The notes below the pieces were generated by a model that ran no database searches, had not been told where the DNA came from, and saw only the letters and a program-made list of their open reading frames with translations. Below are positions 28,357 to 36,021 of a stretch of 51,802 bases of DNA, in pieces. Position numbers and translations under genes: made by a program. The stretch's first letter is position 1, and each line of letters starts with the position of its first letter. This DNA is from Bacillota bacterium (lineage in GTDB: Bacteria; Bacillota; UBA4882; UBA8346), in contig DATCLA010000234.1 of assembly GCA_036564195.1 (NCBI GenBank), positions 1 to 51,802 on the forward strand, given 5' to 3'.

Positions 28357-30624
28357 ATGAAACGTTCTCATACCCTGTTAGTGCTGGCGATGATTTGTGC
28401 AGTACTGATCCTGCTTTTTTCTCACGCCAATGCCGCCAATCATAACTATAGCGAAGCCCTGAAGTTAGCCACTGCCTGGTTTGATGCGAATCGTTGCGGG
28501 ACTAGTGTAGCCACGGATAATGTGTTTTCCAGCTGGCGCGGTCCCTGTCATACCTCCGATTCGGTCGACGGCGGATTTCATGATGCCGGGGACCATGTAA
28601 AGTTCGGCTTGCCGGCGGCCTTTTCCGCTTCGGCGATGGGGTGGGCTTTATATGAATTCAAGTCTGAATTTGACCAGGCCGGAGCTACCGCCAAAGCATT
28701 GCAGGAATTGAAAATTTTTAGCGATTATTTTTTGAAATGCTGGAAAAATAATTCTTTCGTGGTTCAGATCGGTGACGGTGGCAGCGACCACAGCTACTGG
28801 GGACCGCCGGAGACTCAAACTACCAGCCGACCGACTTATACCGCCACCAGCAGTACGCCTGCTTCTGATATCTGCGGGCAGACTGCCGGAGCACTCGCCT
28901 TAATGTATTTAAATTATAAGAGTGAAAATGCAAGCTATGCCCAGCAGTGTCTGACAACGGCGAAAGCCTTATTTAACTTTGCTAAGACCAATTTAGGCCG
29001 AAGTTCAGTCGCTCAAGGCTTTTATACCTCCAGTTCCCACTATGACGACTTGGCTTGGGCGGCCATCTGGCTTTCCGTTGCCACCGGCGACCAAAGCTAT
29101 CTGGATTCCGCCGCCACCTGGGTGGAGAAGAAGAACGACCAGGGCGATGACCCCTATAAAAAACCCTGGACTTATTGTTGGGATGATTCGACTTTAGCCA
29201 ATCTGATTATGATGTACAAGCTGACCGGAGAAGAGAAATATTACAACGGCATCATTTGGAATTTTGACTGGTACAGTAAGACTCTGAACAAAACTCCTTT
29301 TGGTTTACCCTATTTGGACAGTTGGGGTGTGTTGCGTTATGCTTCCGCCGAGGCCGGTTTGATGTATATCATGTACAAAAACTTTGGGGTCGACAATTAC
29401 ATTAAAATTGCCAATTTAATGATGGATTACTGTTTGGGCAGCAACCCGAAGAATTTGTGTTATCTTACGAATTATGGGTCAAATTCCGTTAAACACCCGC
29501 ACCATCGGGCTAATGAACCCAACCGGGACGGAAAAACTTACGGGATGACCGGAGCTTTGGCCGGCGGTCCGGACAACAGCGATAATTTTACTGATGATGT
29601 CAACCAGTATGTCTATACCGAGGTGGCGCTGGACTACAATGCCTCATTTTTACTGGGTTGCGCCGGACGTTCCTATGTGGCGCGGGGTGGACCTCCCGGT
29701 ACGCCGTTTCCGACTCCGACCCCGGCGGAAACTTGCCCTCCCGGCAATGGTACCGGGCTGGCGGGTGCTTATTATAACGGAGTCAGCCTGTCAGGGACAC
29801 CGGTGTTGACCCGGGTTGATCCCACTATCGATTTTAACTGGGGAGGAGGTTCGCCCGCTACCGGACTGCCCAGTGACGGTTTTTCAGTCCGTTGGACCGG
29901 CGAGGTGGAAGCCCGTTCCACCGAGACCTACACTTTCTATCTTAGTCATGATGACGGAGCCCGGCTTTGGGTCAATAATGTCCAGGTCATCAATAACTGG
30001 ACCGACCATGCCGCGGTCGAAGACAGCGGTACCATTCAGCTGGAGATTGGGAAGAAATATCCGATCGTGGTGGAGTTTTATGAAAATTCCGGAGATGCCT
30101 CTTGTCAATTGTCCTGGAGCACCAGGACCATCGCCAAAGAAATAATTCCCCGAACCCAACTTTATAATTCGGAGTCACCGGCTTCGCCGACACCGACATT
30201 ATCACCAACCTTAACTCCGCCACCGACAGTAACTCCAAGCGGAACACCGACGTCAAGCCCACCGCCGCCAGTCACTCCGACTCCAACCCCAACGGTGACT
30301 GGAGGGAGCAGCTGTACAGTGTCTTATACCATGAATGACTGGGGCAGTGGAGCAACGGTCAATATTACGATAAAGAATAATGGCACTGCCGCAATTGACG
30401 GTTGGAAACTTGTCTTTGAATTCCCGGGTAATCAGAAGATTACCAACCTCTGGTGCGCCCAGTATTCGCAAAGCGGTGCAACGGTGACCGTTACCAATGA
30501 GGGCTGGAACAGCCTTATTCCGCAGGGGGGTTCAGTGAACTTTGGGTTTAACATCACCTATAGCGGTACTAATGCCAAACCGACCAGATTTACTCTGAAT
30601 GGTATAGTCTGCCAGGTTCTGTAA
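28357..30624 (+). CDS. Secreted GH9 endoglucanase with PA14 domain and C-terminal CBM2
   Basis: The GH9 module is very similar to the 26499 gene, with the same motifs. Next comes a PA14 domain (about 29750-30165): GLAGAYYNGVSLSGTPVLTRVDPTIDFNWG..FSVRWTGEVEARSTETYTFYLSHDDGARLWVNNVQVINNW..YPIVVEFYENSGDASCQLSWS. A PT linker leads to CBM2 (30313-30621). The start at the ATG at 28357 aligns with the paralogue's MKR.. start. The track's 28285 and the ATG at 28315 are alternatives. Confidence 0.9.
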   Translation: MKRSHTLLVLAMICAVLILLFSHANAANHNYSEALKLATAWFDANRCGTSVATDNVFSSWRGPCHTSDSVDGGFHDAGDHVKFGLPAAFSASAMGWALYEFKSEFDQAGATAKALQELKIFSDYFLKCWKNNSFVVQIGDGGSDHSYWGPPETQTTSRPTYTATSSTPASDICGQTAGALALMYLNYKSENASYAQQCLTTAKALFNFAKTNLGRSSVAQGFYTSSSHYDDLAWAAIWLSVATGDQSYLDSAATWVEKKNDQGDDPYKKPWTYCWDDSTLANLIMMYKLTGEEKYYNGIIWNFDWYSKTLNKTPFGLPYLDSWGVLRYASAEAGLMYIMYKNFGVDNYIKIANLMMDYCLGSNPKNLCYLTNYGSNSVKHPHHRANEPNRDGKTYGMTGALAGGPDNSDNFTDDVNQYVYTEVALDYNASFLLGCAGRSYVARGGPPGTPFPTPTPAETCPPGNGTGLAGAYYNGVSLSGTPVLTRVDPTIDFNWGGGSPATGLPSDGFSVRWTGEVEARSTETYTFYLSHDDGARLWVNNVQVINNWTDHAAVEDSGTIQLEIGKKYPIVVEFYENSGDASCQLSWSTRTIAKEIIPRTQLYNSESPASPTPTLSPTLTPPPTVTPSGTPTSSPPPPVTPTPTPTVTGGSSCTVSYTMNDWGSGATVNITIKNNGTAAIDGWKLVFEFPGNQKITNLWCAQYSQSGATVTVTNEGWNSLIPQGGSVNFGFNITYSGTNAKPTRFTLNGIVCQVL
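30313..30621 (+). repeat. CBM2 cassette copy 6
   Basis: [52 protein letters not shown]. Three Cys. Confidence 0.9.
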
Positions 30625-30644
30625 TTCAAAATGATCTAAGCATA

Positions 30645-30669
30645 AAGGAGCCGGAAAACCCGGCTCCTT
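30645..30669 (+). terminator. 10-bp stem-loop after the GH9-PA14 gene
   Basis: AAGGAGCCGG (30645-30654), loop AAAAC, then CCGGCTCCTT (30660-30669). It is GC-rich but has no U-tract. Confidence 0.55.
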
Positions 30670-30784
30670 CATTCCACGGAATTAGTTTCAAGGAAGCCGT
30701 AAGCACGTGTTGCTGGTTCTGAAAATAATAACATACCTTTTGGTTTAGCTGATCGAAATATTCAGTCAAGAAGGAGATGATTAA

Positions 30785-33550
30785 ATGCGTAAACAGACCT
30801 GGGGCTTCAGTTTATTGGCAGTCAGCCTGTTGTTGCTACTGGGCCGGGTTAACGTAGGGCTGGTGGGAGCAGCTGAGACTCAGGAATACACCTGGAAAAA
30901 CGTGGTTACCGGAGGCGGCGGCGGTTACGTTCCGGGCATTATCTTCAATACCGCTGAAAAAGATTTGATCTATGCCCGCACCGATATCGGCGGCGCCTAC
31001 CGTTGGGAACCAAGTACTAACAGTTGGACCCAGCTCTTAGCTTGGGTCGGTTTTGATGACTGGAACTGGACGGGTTGTGAAAGCATTGCTACTGACCCAG
31101 TCGATCCCAACCGGGTCTACTTGGCGGTGGGGACTTATACTAACGACTGGACTTCACAAAACGGAGCGATTCTGCGTTCAACCGACCGGGGTCGGACTTT
31201 TAAGCGGACTGATCTCCCGTTCAAGCTGGGCAGTAATATGCCCGGCCGGAATATGGGCGAGCGGTTGGTGATTGACCCCAATAAAAACAGCATTCTGTAC
31301 CTAGGCGCCCGCAGCGGCAACGGCCTCTGGAGGAGCACCGACTACGGCGTAACCTGGACCAAAGTAACCAGTTTTCCCAATCCCGGCACTTATATTCAGG
31401 ACCCCAATGAGCCCTATCTGGCGGACCCGCCCGGAGTGGTCTGGATCACCTTTGACCCCCGTACCGGTTCCCCCGGAAGTGCGACCCAGACTATTTATGT
31501 GGGTGTAGCTGACAAAGGCAATTCAATTTACCGCAGTGAGGATGCTGGTGTCACCTGGACCGCAGTCCCCGGGCAACCCACCGGTTTTCTGCCCCATCAC
31601 GGCATTTTGGGTTCCAACGGTCTGCTTTACGTAACCTACAGCAATACTCAGGGGCCCTATGACGGCTCCAAAGGCGATGTTTACAAATATGATACTGCCA
31701 GCGGCAAATGGACTCTGATTAGCCCGATTCCATCAACCAGCGAGGATAATTACTTTGGCTATGGTGGCCTGGCGGTAGATGCTCAAAATCCCGATACCAT
31801 TATGGTTGCCAGTCTTAACTCCTGGTGGCCAGATGCGATCATCTTCCGGAGCACCGATGCCGGAGCCACCTGGAGCCGGATCTGGGAATGGGCCGGTTAT
31901 CCGTCGCGTACTTTACACTATACCATTGATATTTCCAATGCGCCGTGGTTAAACTTTGGCAATACCAACCCGGTTGATCCGGTGTCAGCGGTTAAACTGG
32001 GCTGGATGATCGGAGATCTTGAGATTGACCCCTTCAACTCGGACCGGATGTTTTACGGTACCGGCGCTACCATCTACGCCGCTACCAACTTGACTGACTG
32101 GGACAAAGGTGGCAAAGTAGCCATCAAGTCGACGGCGGTTGGGATTGAAGAAGCATCGGTGCAGGATTTGATTAGTCCACCGGTCGGTGCCAACCTTTAC
32201 AGTGCATTAGGAGATATCGGCGGTTTCCGCCATGATGATTTAACTAAAGCGCCGGTGGAGATGTATGCGATCCCGTATCCCGGTACCTATAACAGTATTG
32301 ATTACGCGGAACTAAAACCGTCGTTTATGGTCCGAGTGGGCAAAGGCGATCCTGCGGTTGACCCGCCGACCAAGAGCTCAGCCTTTACTTATGACGGCGG
32401 CCGGAGTTGGTTTGCAGGCAATAATGATATTTCCGGCTTAACCGGTGGCGGTACGGTAGCTGCAGCCGCCGATGCCAGCGTAGTGGTATGGGCTCCCAAG
32501 GATGCACCGGTGAGCTATTCCAAAGATAACGGTAACTCCTGGATCCCTTGTCAAGGGGTTCCCGTTAACGCCCAAGTTCGTTCCGACCGGGTGAACCCCA
32601 AGAAGTTCTATGCCTTTGCCCACGGGAAATTTTATATCAGCAGCGACGGCGGGGCCACTTTTGCCGCCACTGTTGCTACAGGGCTGCCGACCGGTGGTAC
32701 CGGGCAGTTCAAAGCGGTTCCCGGCTATGAGGGGGATCTTTGGTTGTGCGGTAACGACGGACTGTACCATTCCACCGACTCCGGGGCCAGTTTTACCAGG
32801 TTAGCTAAGGTTACGACCGCCGATACCATCGGATTCGGCAAGGCGGCTCCCGGCCGGGATTATCCAGCCCTTTATACCTGCGCTAAGATTGATAATGTCC
32901 GCGGAATCTTCCGTTCCGATGATGCCGGCGCCACCTGGGTACGGATTAACGATGACCAGCATCAGTATGGTTGTACCAACACTTGTATTACCGGTGACCC
33001 CCGGATCTATGGCCGGGTCTATCTCGGCACCAATGGCTTTGGGATTGTTTACGGCGATATTGCCGGGCCGGCTCCGACGTCTTCCGATCCGGCAGTTACT
33101 GTTCAACCGTCACCCTCAGGCCCGGTACTAACGGATCAGGCGACGCCTTCGGGTCCGGCACTAACCGTTTCACTCCAACCGACGCCGACTCCAACTCCGG
33201 CGGTAACACCGCCCCCGACAGGTACTGACGGAAGTGAATGTACCGTATCCTACACGATGAATGACTGGGGTAGTGGTGCTACTGTTAATGTAACGGTTAA
33301 GAATAATGGCGCCGCGACAATTGACGGTTGGGAGCTGATCTTTAGCTTCCCGGGCGATCAACAGATCACCAACCTGTGGTGCGCCCAATACACGCAAAGC
33401 GGCGCGACGGTAACTGTAACCAATGAGGCCTGGAATGGCACAATCCCGCCGGGTGGTACGGTCAGCTTTGGCTTCAACCTTAGTTACAGCGGGAGTAATG
33501 CCAAACCAACTGCTTTCAAACTGAACGGAGTCCCCTGCCGGGTCCAGTAA
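30785..33550 (+). CDS. Secreted GH74 xyloglucanase / endoglucanase with C-terminal CBM2
   Basis: Signal peptide. GH74 hallmark N-terminus: YTWKNVVTGGGGGYVPGIIFNTAEKDLIYARTDIGGAYRW. Repeated BNR/Asp-box-like SxDxGxTW motifs (STDYGVTW, SEDAGVTW, STDAGATW, SDDAGATW) span two 7-bladed propeller halves. A PT linker leads to CBM2 (33239-33547). Confidence 0.92.
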   Translation: MRKQTWGFSLLAVSLLLLLGRVNVGLVGAAETQEYTWKNVVTGGGGGYVPGIIFNTAEKDLIYARTDIGGAYRWEPSTNSWTQLLAWVGFDDWNWTGCESIATDPVDPNRVYLAVGTYTNDWTSQNGAILRSTDRGRTFKRTDLPFKLGSNMPGRNMGERLVIDPNKNSILYLGARSGNGLWRSTDYGVTWTKVTSFPNPGTYIQDPNEPYLADPPGVVWITFDPRTGSPGSATQTIYVGVADKGNSIYRSEDAGVTWTAVPGQPTGFLPHHGILGSNGLLYVTYSNTQGPYDGSKGDVYKYDTASGKWTLISPIPSTSEDNYFGYGGLAVDAQNPDTIMVASLNSWWPDAIIFRSTDAGATWSRIWEWAGYPSRTLHYTIDISNAPWLNFGNTNPVDPVSAVKLGWMIGDLEIDPFNSDRMFYGTGATIYAATNLTDWDKGGKVAIKSTAVGIEEASVQDLISPPVGANLYSALGDIGGFRHDDLTKAPVEMYAIPYPGTYNSIDYAELKPSFMVRVGKGDPAVDPPTKSSAFTYDGGRSWFAGNNDISGLTGGGTVAAAADASVVVWAPKDAPVSYSKDNGNSWIPCQGVPVNAQVRSDRVNPKKFYAFAHGKFYISSDGGATFAATVATGLPTGGTGQFKAVPGYEGDLWLCGNDGLYHSTDSGASFTRLAKVTTADTIGFGKAAPGRDYPALYTCAKIDNVRGIFRSDDAGATWVRINDDQHQYGCTNTCITGDPRIYGRVYLGTNGFGIVYGDIAGPAPTSSDPAVTVQPSPSGPVLTDQATPSGPALTVSLQPTPTPTPAVTPPPTGTDGSECTVSYTMNDWGSGATVNVTVKNNGAATIDGWELIFSFPGDQQITNLWCAQYTQSGATVTVTNEAWNGTIPPGGTVSFGFNLSYSGSNAKPTAFKLNGVPCRVQ
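33239..33547 (+). repeat. CBM2 cassette copy 7
   Basis: [60 protein letters not shown]. Its nucleotide sequence is closest to copy 8, in the next gene. Confidence 0.9.
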
Positions 33551-33726
33551 GGCTGTAACCGCTTTAGGGGAATAACCAGAAATTATGATCAAAATTTCCT
33601 AATATTAGTAACTGCTTTTGAGCTGGGACTGTGAAAGAGCAGATCTGAAACTTCCTTAAAATCACTGCATTTTTCAAACTTTCTCAGCAGGCAGGATACT
33701 GTGACCAGAAAGGAGGTTGTTGTGGC

Positions 33727-35991
33727 TTGAATAGAACCAGAAGCCTGGGATTGATGATTCTTATTACTGTTTATATGGTCTGCCTGTTAATTGGTTTTCC
33801 GATTTCTGCCGCCACCTATCCCTATCAAGACCCCAACCTTAGCATTGAGGAGCGGGTTACTGATTTACTCGCCCGGATGACTCTGGCAGAGAAAGCCGGG
33901 CAGATGATCCAGACTGAGCGACACCTGGCTTCCCCGGAGGATGTTAAAACCTACTGTTTAGGCTCGATTTTCAACGGGGGAGGAAATGTCCCCAGCCCGA
34001 ATACACCAACCGGCTGGTGCGAGATGATCGATGCCTATCAAAAGGCTGCTCTGGAAACCCGGCTGCAAATCCCATTTCTTTATGGTACCGATGCGGTGCA
34101 CGGTCATAACAACGTGAAAGATGCCACCATCTTTCCGCATAACATTGGGTTGGGTGCCACCCGGGATCCGGATCTGGTAGAGCGGATCGGTCAAATTGTA
34201 GCCAGGGAAGTGAGGGCGACCGGGGTCCATTGGACCTTTGCGCCTTGTGTCGCTGTACCGCAAAATGAAAAATGGGGCCGTACCTATGAGGGTTTTAGTG
34301 AGGAAACCGCTTTAGTCAGTGAACTGGGCGCGGCGTTTGTCAAAGGGGTCCAAGGTGCCGATTACCATGTCGACCTTAGTCGTAATGATAAAATCGCCGC
34401 CTGCCTTAAACATTATCTCGCCGACGGAGCTACCGAAGGTGGGATTGATGCAGGCAATGCTCTGGTAAACGATGCAGTTTTGCGGTTGAAACACCTGCCG
34501 CCGTATCTGGCCGGAATCGCCGCCGGGGCTCGGACTGTAATGGTTTCGTTTAACCAGATTAACGGTGTAGAGTGCCACGCCAACGGCCAGTTGATTACGG
34601 ACGTCTTAAAAAAGGAGCTTAAGTTTGACGGGATTGTAGTCAGCGATTATAACGGAATTGACGATAATGACCCTTCAAACTACCGCAACGCAGTCAAACT
34701 GGCAGTTAATGCCGGAATTGACATGATTATGACTACGGTCCGCTGGAAGGAATGCCTGGCGGCGATCATCGACCTGACAGAACAGGGTGAGATCGATCCG
34801 GCGCGGATTGATGATGCAGTCCGCCGGATTTTAAGGGTAAAGTTTCAATTGGGTTTGTTTGAAAAACCCTACACCGACCGGTCGTTAATGGCCAGTTTCG
34901 GATCGGAGCAGCATCGGAGGGTAGCCCGGGAGGCTGTCCGTAAATCATTGGTGCTTTTAAAAAATGACCGGAACCTACTTCCTTTAGCCAAGAGCGGCCT
35001 GCGGATTTTAGTCGCCGGGAAATGCGCTGATAATATCGGGTACCAATGCGGCGGTTGGACCATTACTTGGCAAGGGCTGAGTGGCCAGATTACCGCCGGA
35101 ACCAGTATTTTGCAGGGGATTAAAAACGTAGCTCCGGGTAACACCATCACCTACCGGCAAGATGGCAGCGGCGCCGTCGGCCACGACGTGGCGATAGTTG
35201 TAATCGGAGAAACTCCGTATGCTGAGTCCAATGGGGATCATCAGACTTTAGCCTTGGACTACAACGATCTTCAGACATTGCGCAATGTAAAAGATTCGGG
35301 AGTTCCTACCATAGTAGTGTTGATTTCGGGCCGGCCGTTAATGATCAGTGATTACCTGAAAGATTGGGCAGCCCTGGTTGCAGCCTGGCTTCCCGGCAGT
35401 GAAGGCCAGGGTGTGGCGGAAGTGCTCTTCGGCGACTATAACTTCAGCGGTAAATTACCGTTTGTCTGGCCCCAGTCAGTAACCCAGATCCCGATTGACC
35501 CTGGTGACGGAGAAGTGCCGCTCTTTCCCTTGGGAACCGGACTTAGCTATCTCGTTACTCCCACTGCCACGGTTGCAGAATCACCCTCACCTTCTCCGAC
35601 GTCAACGGTTCCGGTGACGCCAATCCCGACTCCGATCGTAACGGTAATCCCCTCTCCAACTCAGGCCGGAGGAAGCCATTTTACAGTGGCCTATACCATG
35701 AATGACTGGGGCAGCGGCGCTACTGTTAATGTAACGGTTAAGAATAATGGCACCGTGACAATTGACGGTTGGGAGCTGGTCTTTAGCTTTCCGGGTAATC
35801 AAAAGATCACCAATCTGTGGTGTGCTCAATACACGCAAAGCGGCGCAACGGTTACTGTAACCAATGAGACCTGGAATAGCACAATCCTGCCGGGTGGTAC
35901 GGTCAGCTTTGGCTTCAACCTTAATTACAGCGGGAGTAATGTCAAACCCACTGCTTTCACATTAAATGGTGCGGCCTGTCAAATTCTATAA
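33727..35991 (+). CDS. Secreted GH3 beta-glucosidase / glucan exo-1,4-beta-glucosidase with C-terminal CBM2
   Basis: TTG start 9-10 nt after GGAGG, then a signal peptide. GH3 N-terminus: YPYQDPNLSIEERVTDLLARMTLAEKAGQMIQ. It carries the GTDAVHGHNN motif and the nucleophile region GIVVSDYNGI. The C-terminal alpha/beta sandwich contains VVIGETPYAESNGD. A PT linker leads to CBM2 (35680-35988). Confidence 0.92.
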   Translation: MNRTRSLGLMILITVYMVCLLIGFPISAATYPYQDPNLSIEERVTDLLARMTLAEKAGQMIQTERHLASPEDVKTYCLGSIFNGGGNVPSPNTPTGWCEMIDAYQKAALETRLQIPFLYGTDAVHGHNNVKDATIFPHNIGLGATRDPDLVERIGQIVAREVRATGVHWTFAPCVAVPQNEKWGRTYEGFSEETALVSELGAAFVKGVQGADYHVDLSRNDKIAACLKHYLADGATEGGIDAGNALVNDAVLRLKHLPPYLAGIAAGARTVMVSFNQINGVECHANGQLITDVLKKELKFDGIVVSDYNGIDDNDPSNYRNAVKLAVNAGIDMIMTTVRWKECLAAIIDLTEQGEIDPARIDDAVRRILRVKFQLGLFEKPYTDRSLMASFGSEQHRRVAREAVRKSLVLLKNDRNLLPLAKSGLRILVAGKCADNIGYQCGGWTITWQGLSGQITAGTSILQGIKNVAPGNTITYRQDGSGAVGHDVAIVVIGETPYAESNGDHQTLALDYNDLQTLRNVKDSGVPTIVVLISGRPLMISDYLKDWAALVAAWLPGSEGQGVAEVLFGDYNFSGKLPFVWPQSVTQIPIDPGDGEVPLFPLGTGLSYLVTPTATVAESPSPSPTSTVPVTPIPTPIVTVIPSPTQAGGSHFTVAYTMNDWGSGATVNVTVKNNGTVTIDGWELVFSFPGNQKITNLWCAQYTQSGATVTVTNETWNSTILPGGTVSFGFNLNYSGSNVKPTAFTLNGAACQIL
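35680..35988 (+). repeat. CBM2 cassette copy 8 (first Cys replaced by Phe)
   Basis: [60 protein letters not shown]. Confidence 0.9.
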
Positions 35992-36021
35992 GATCTAATA
36001 ATTAAGCTGAGGAGGTAAAAG

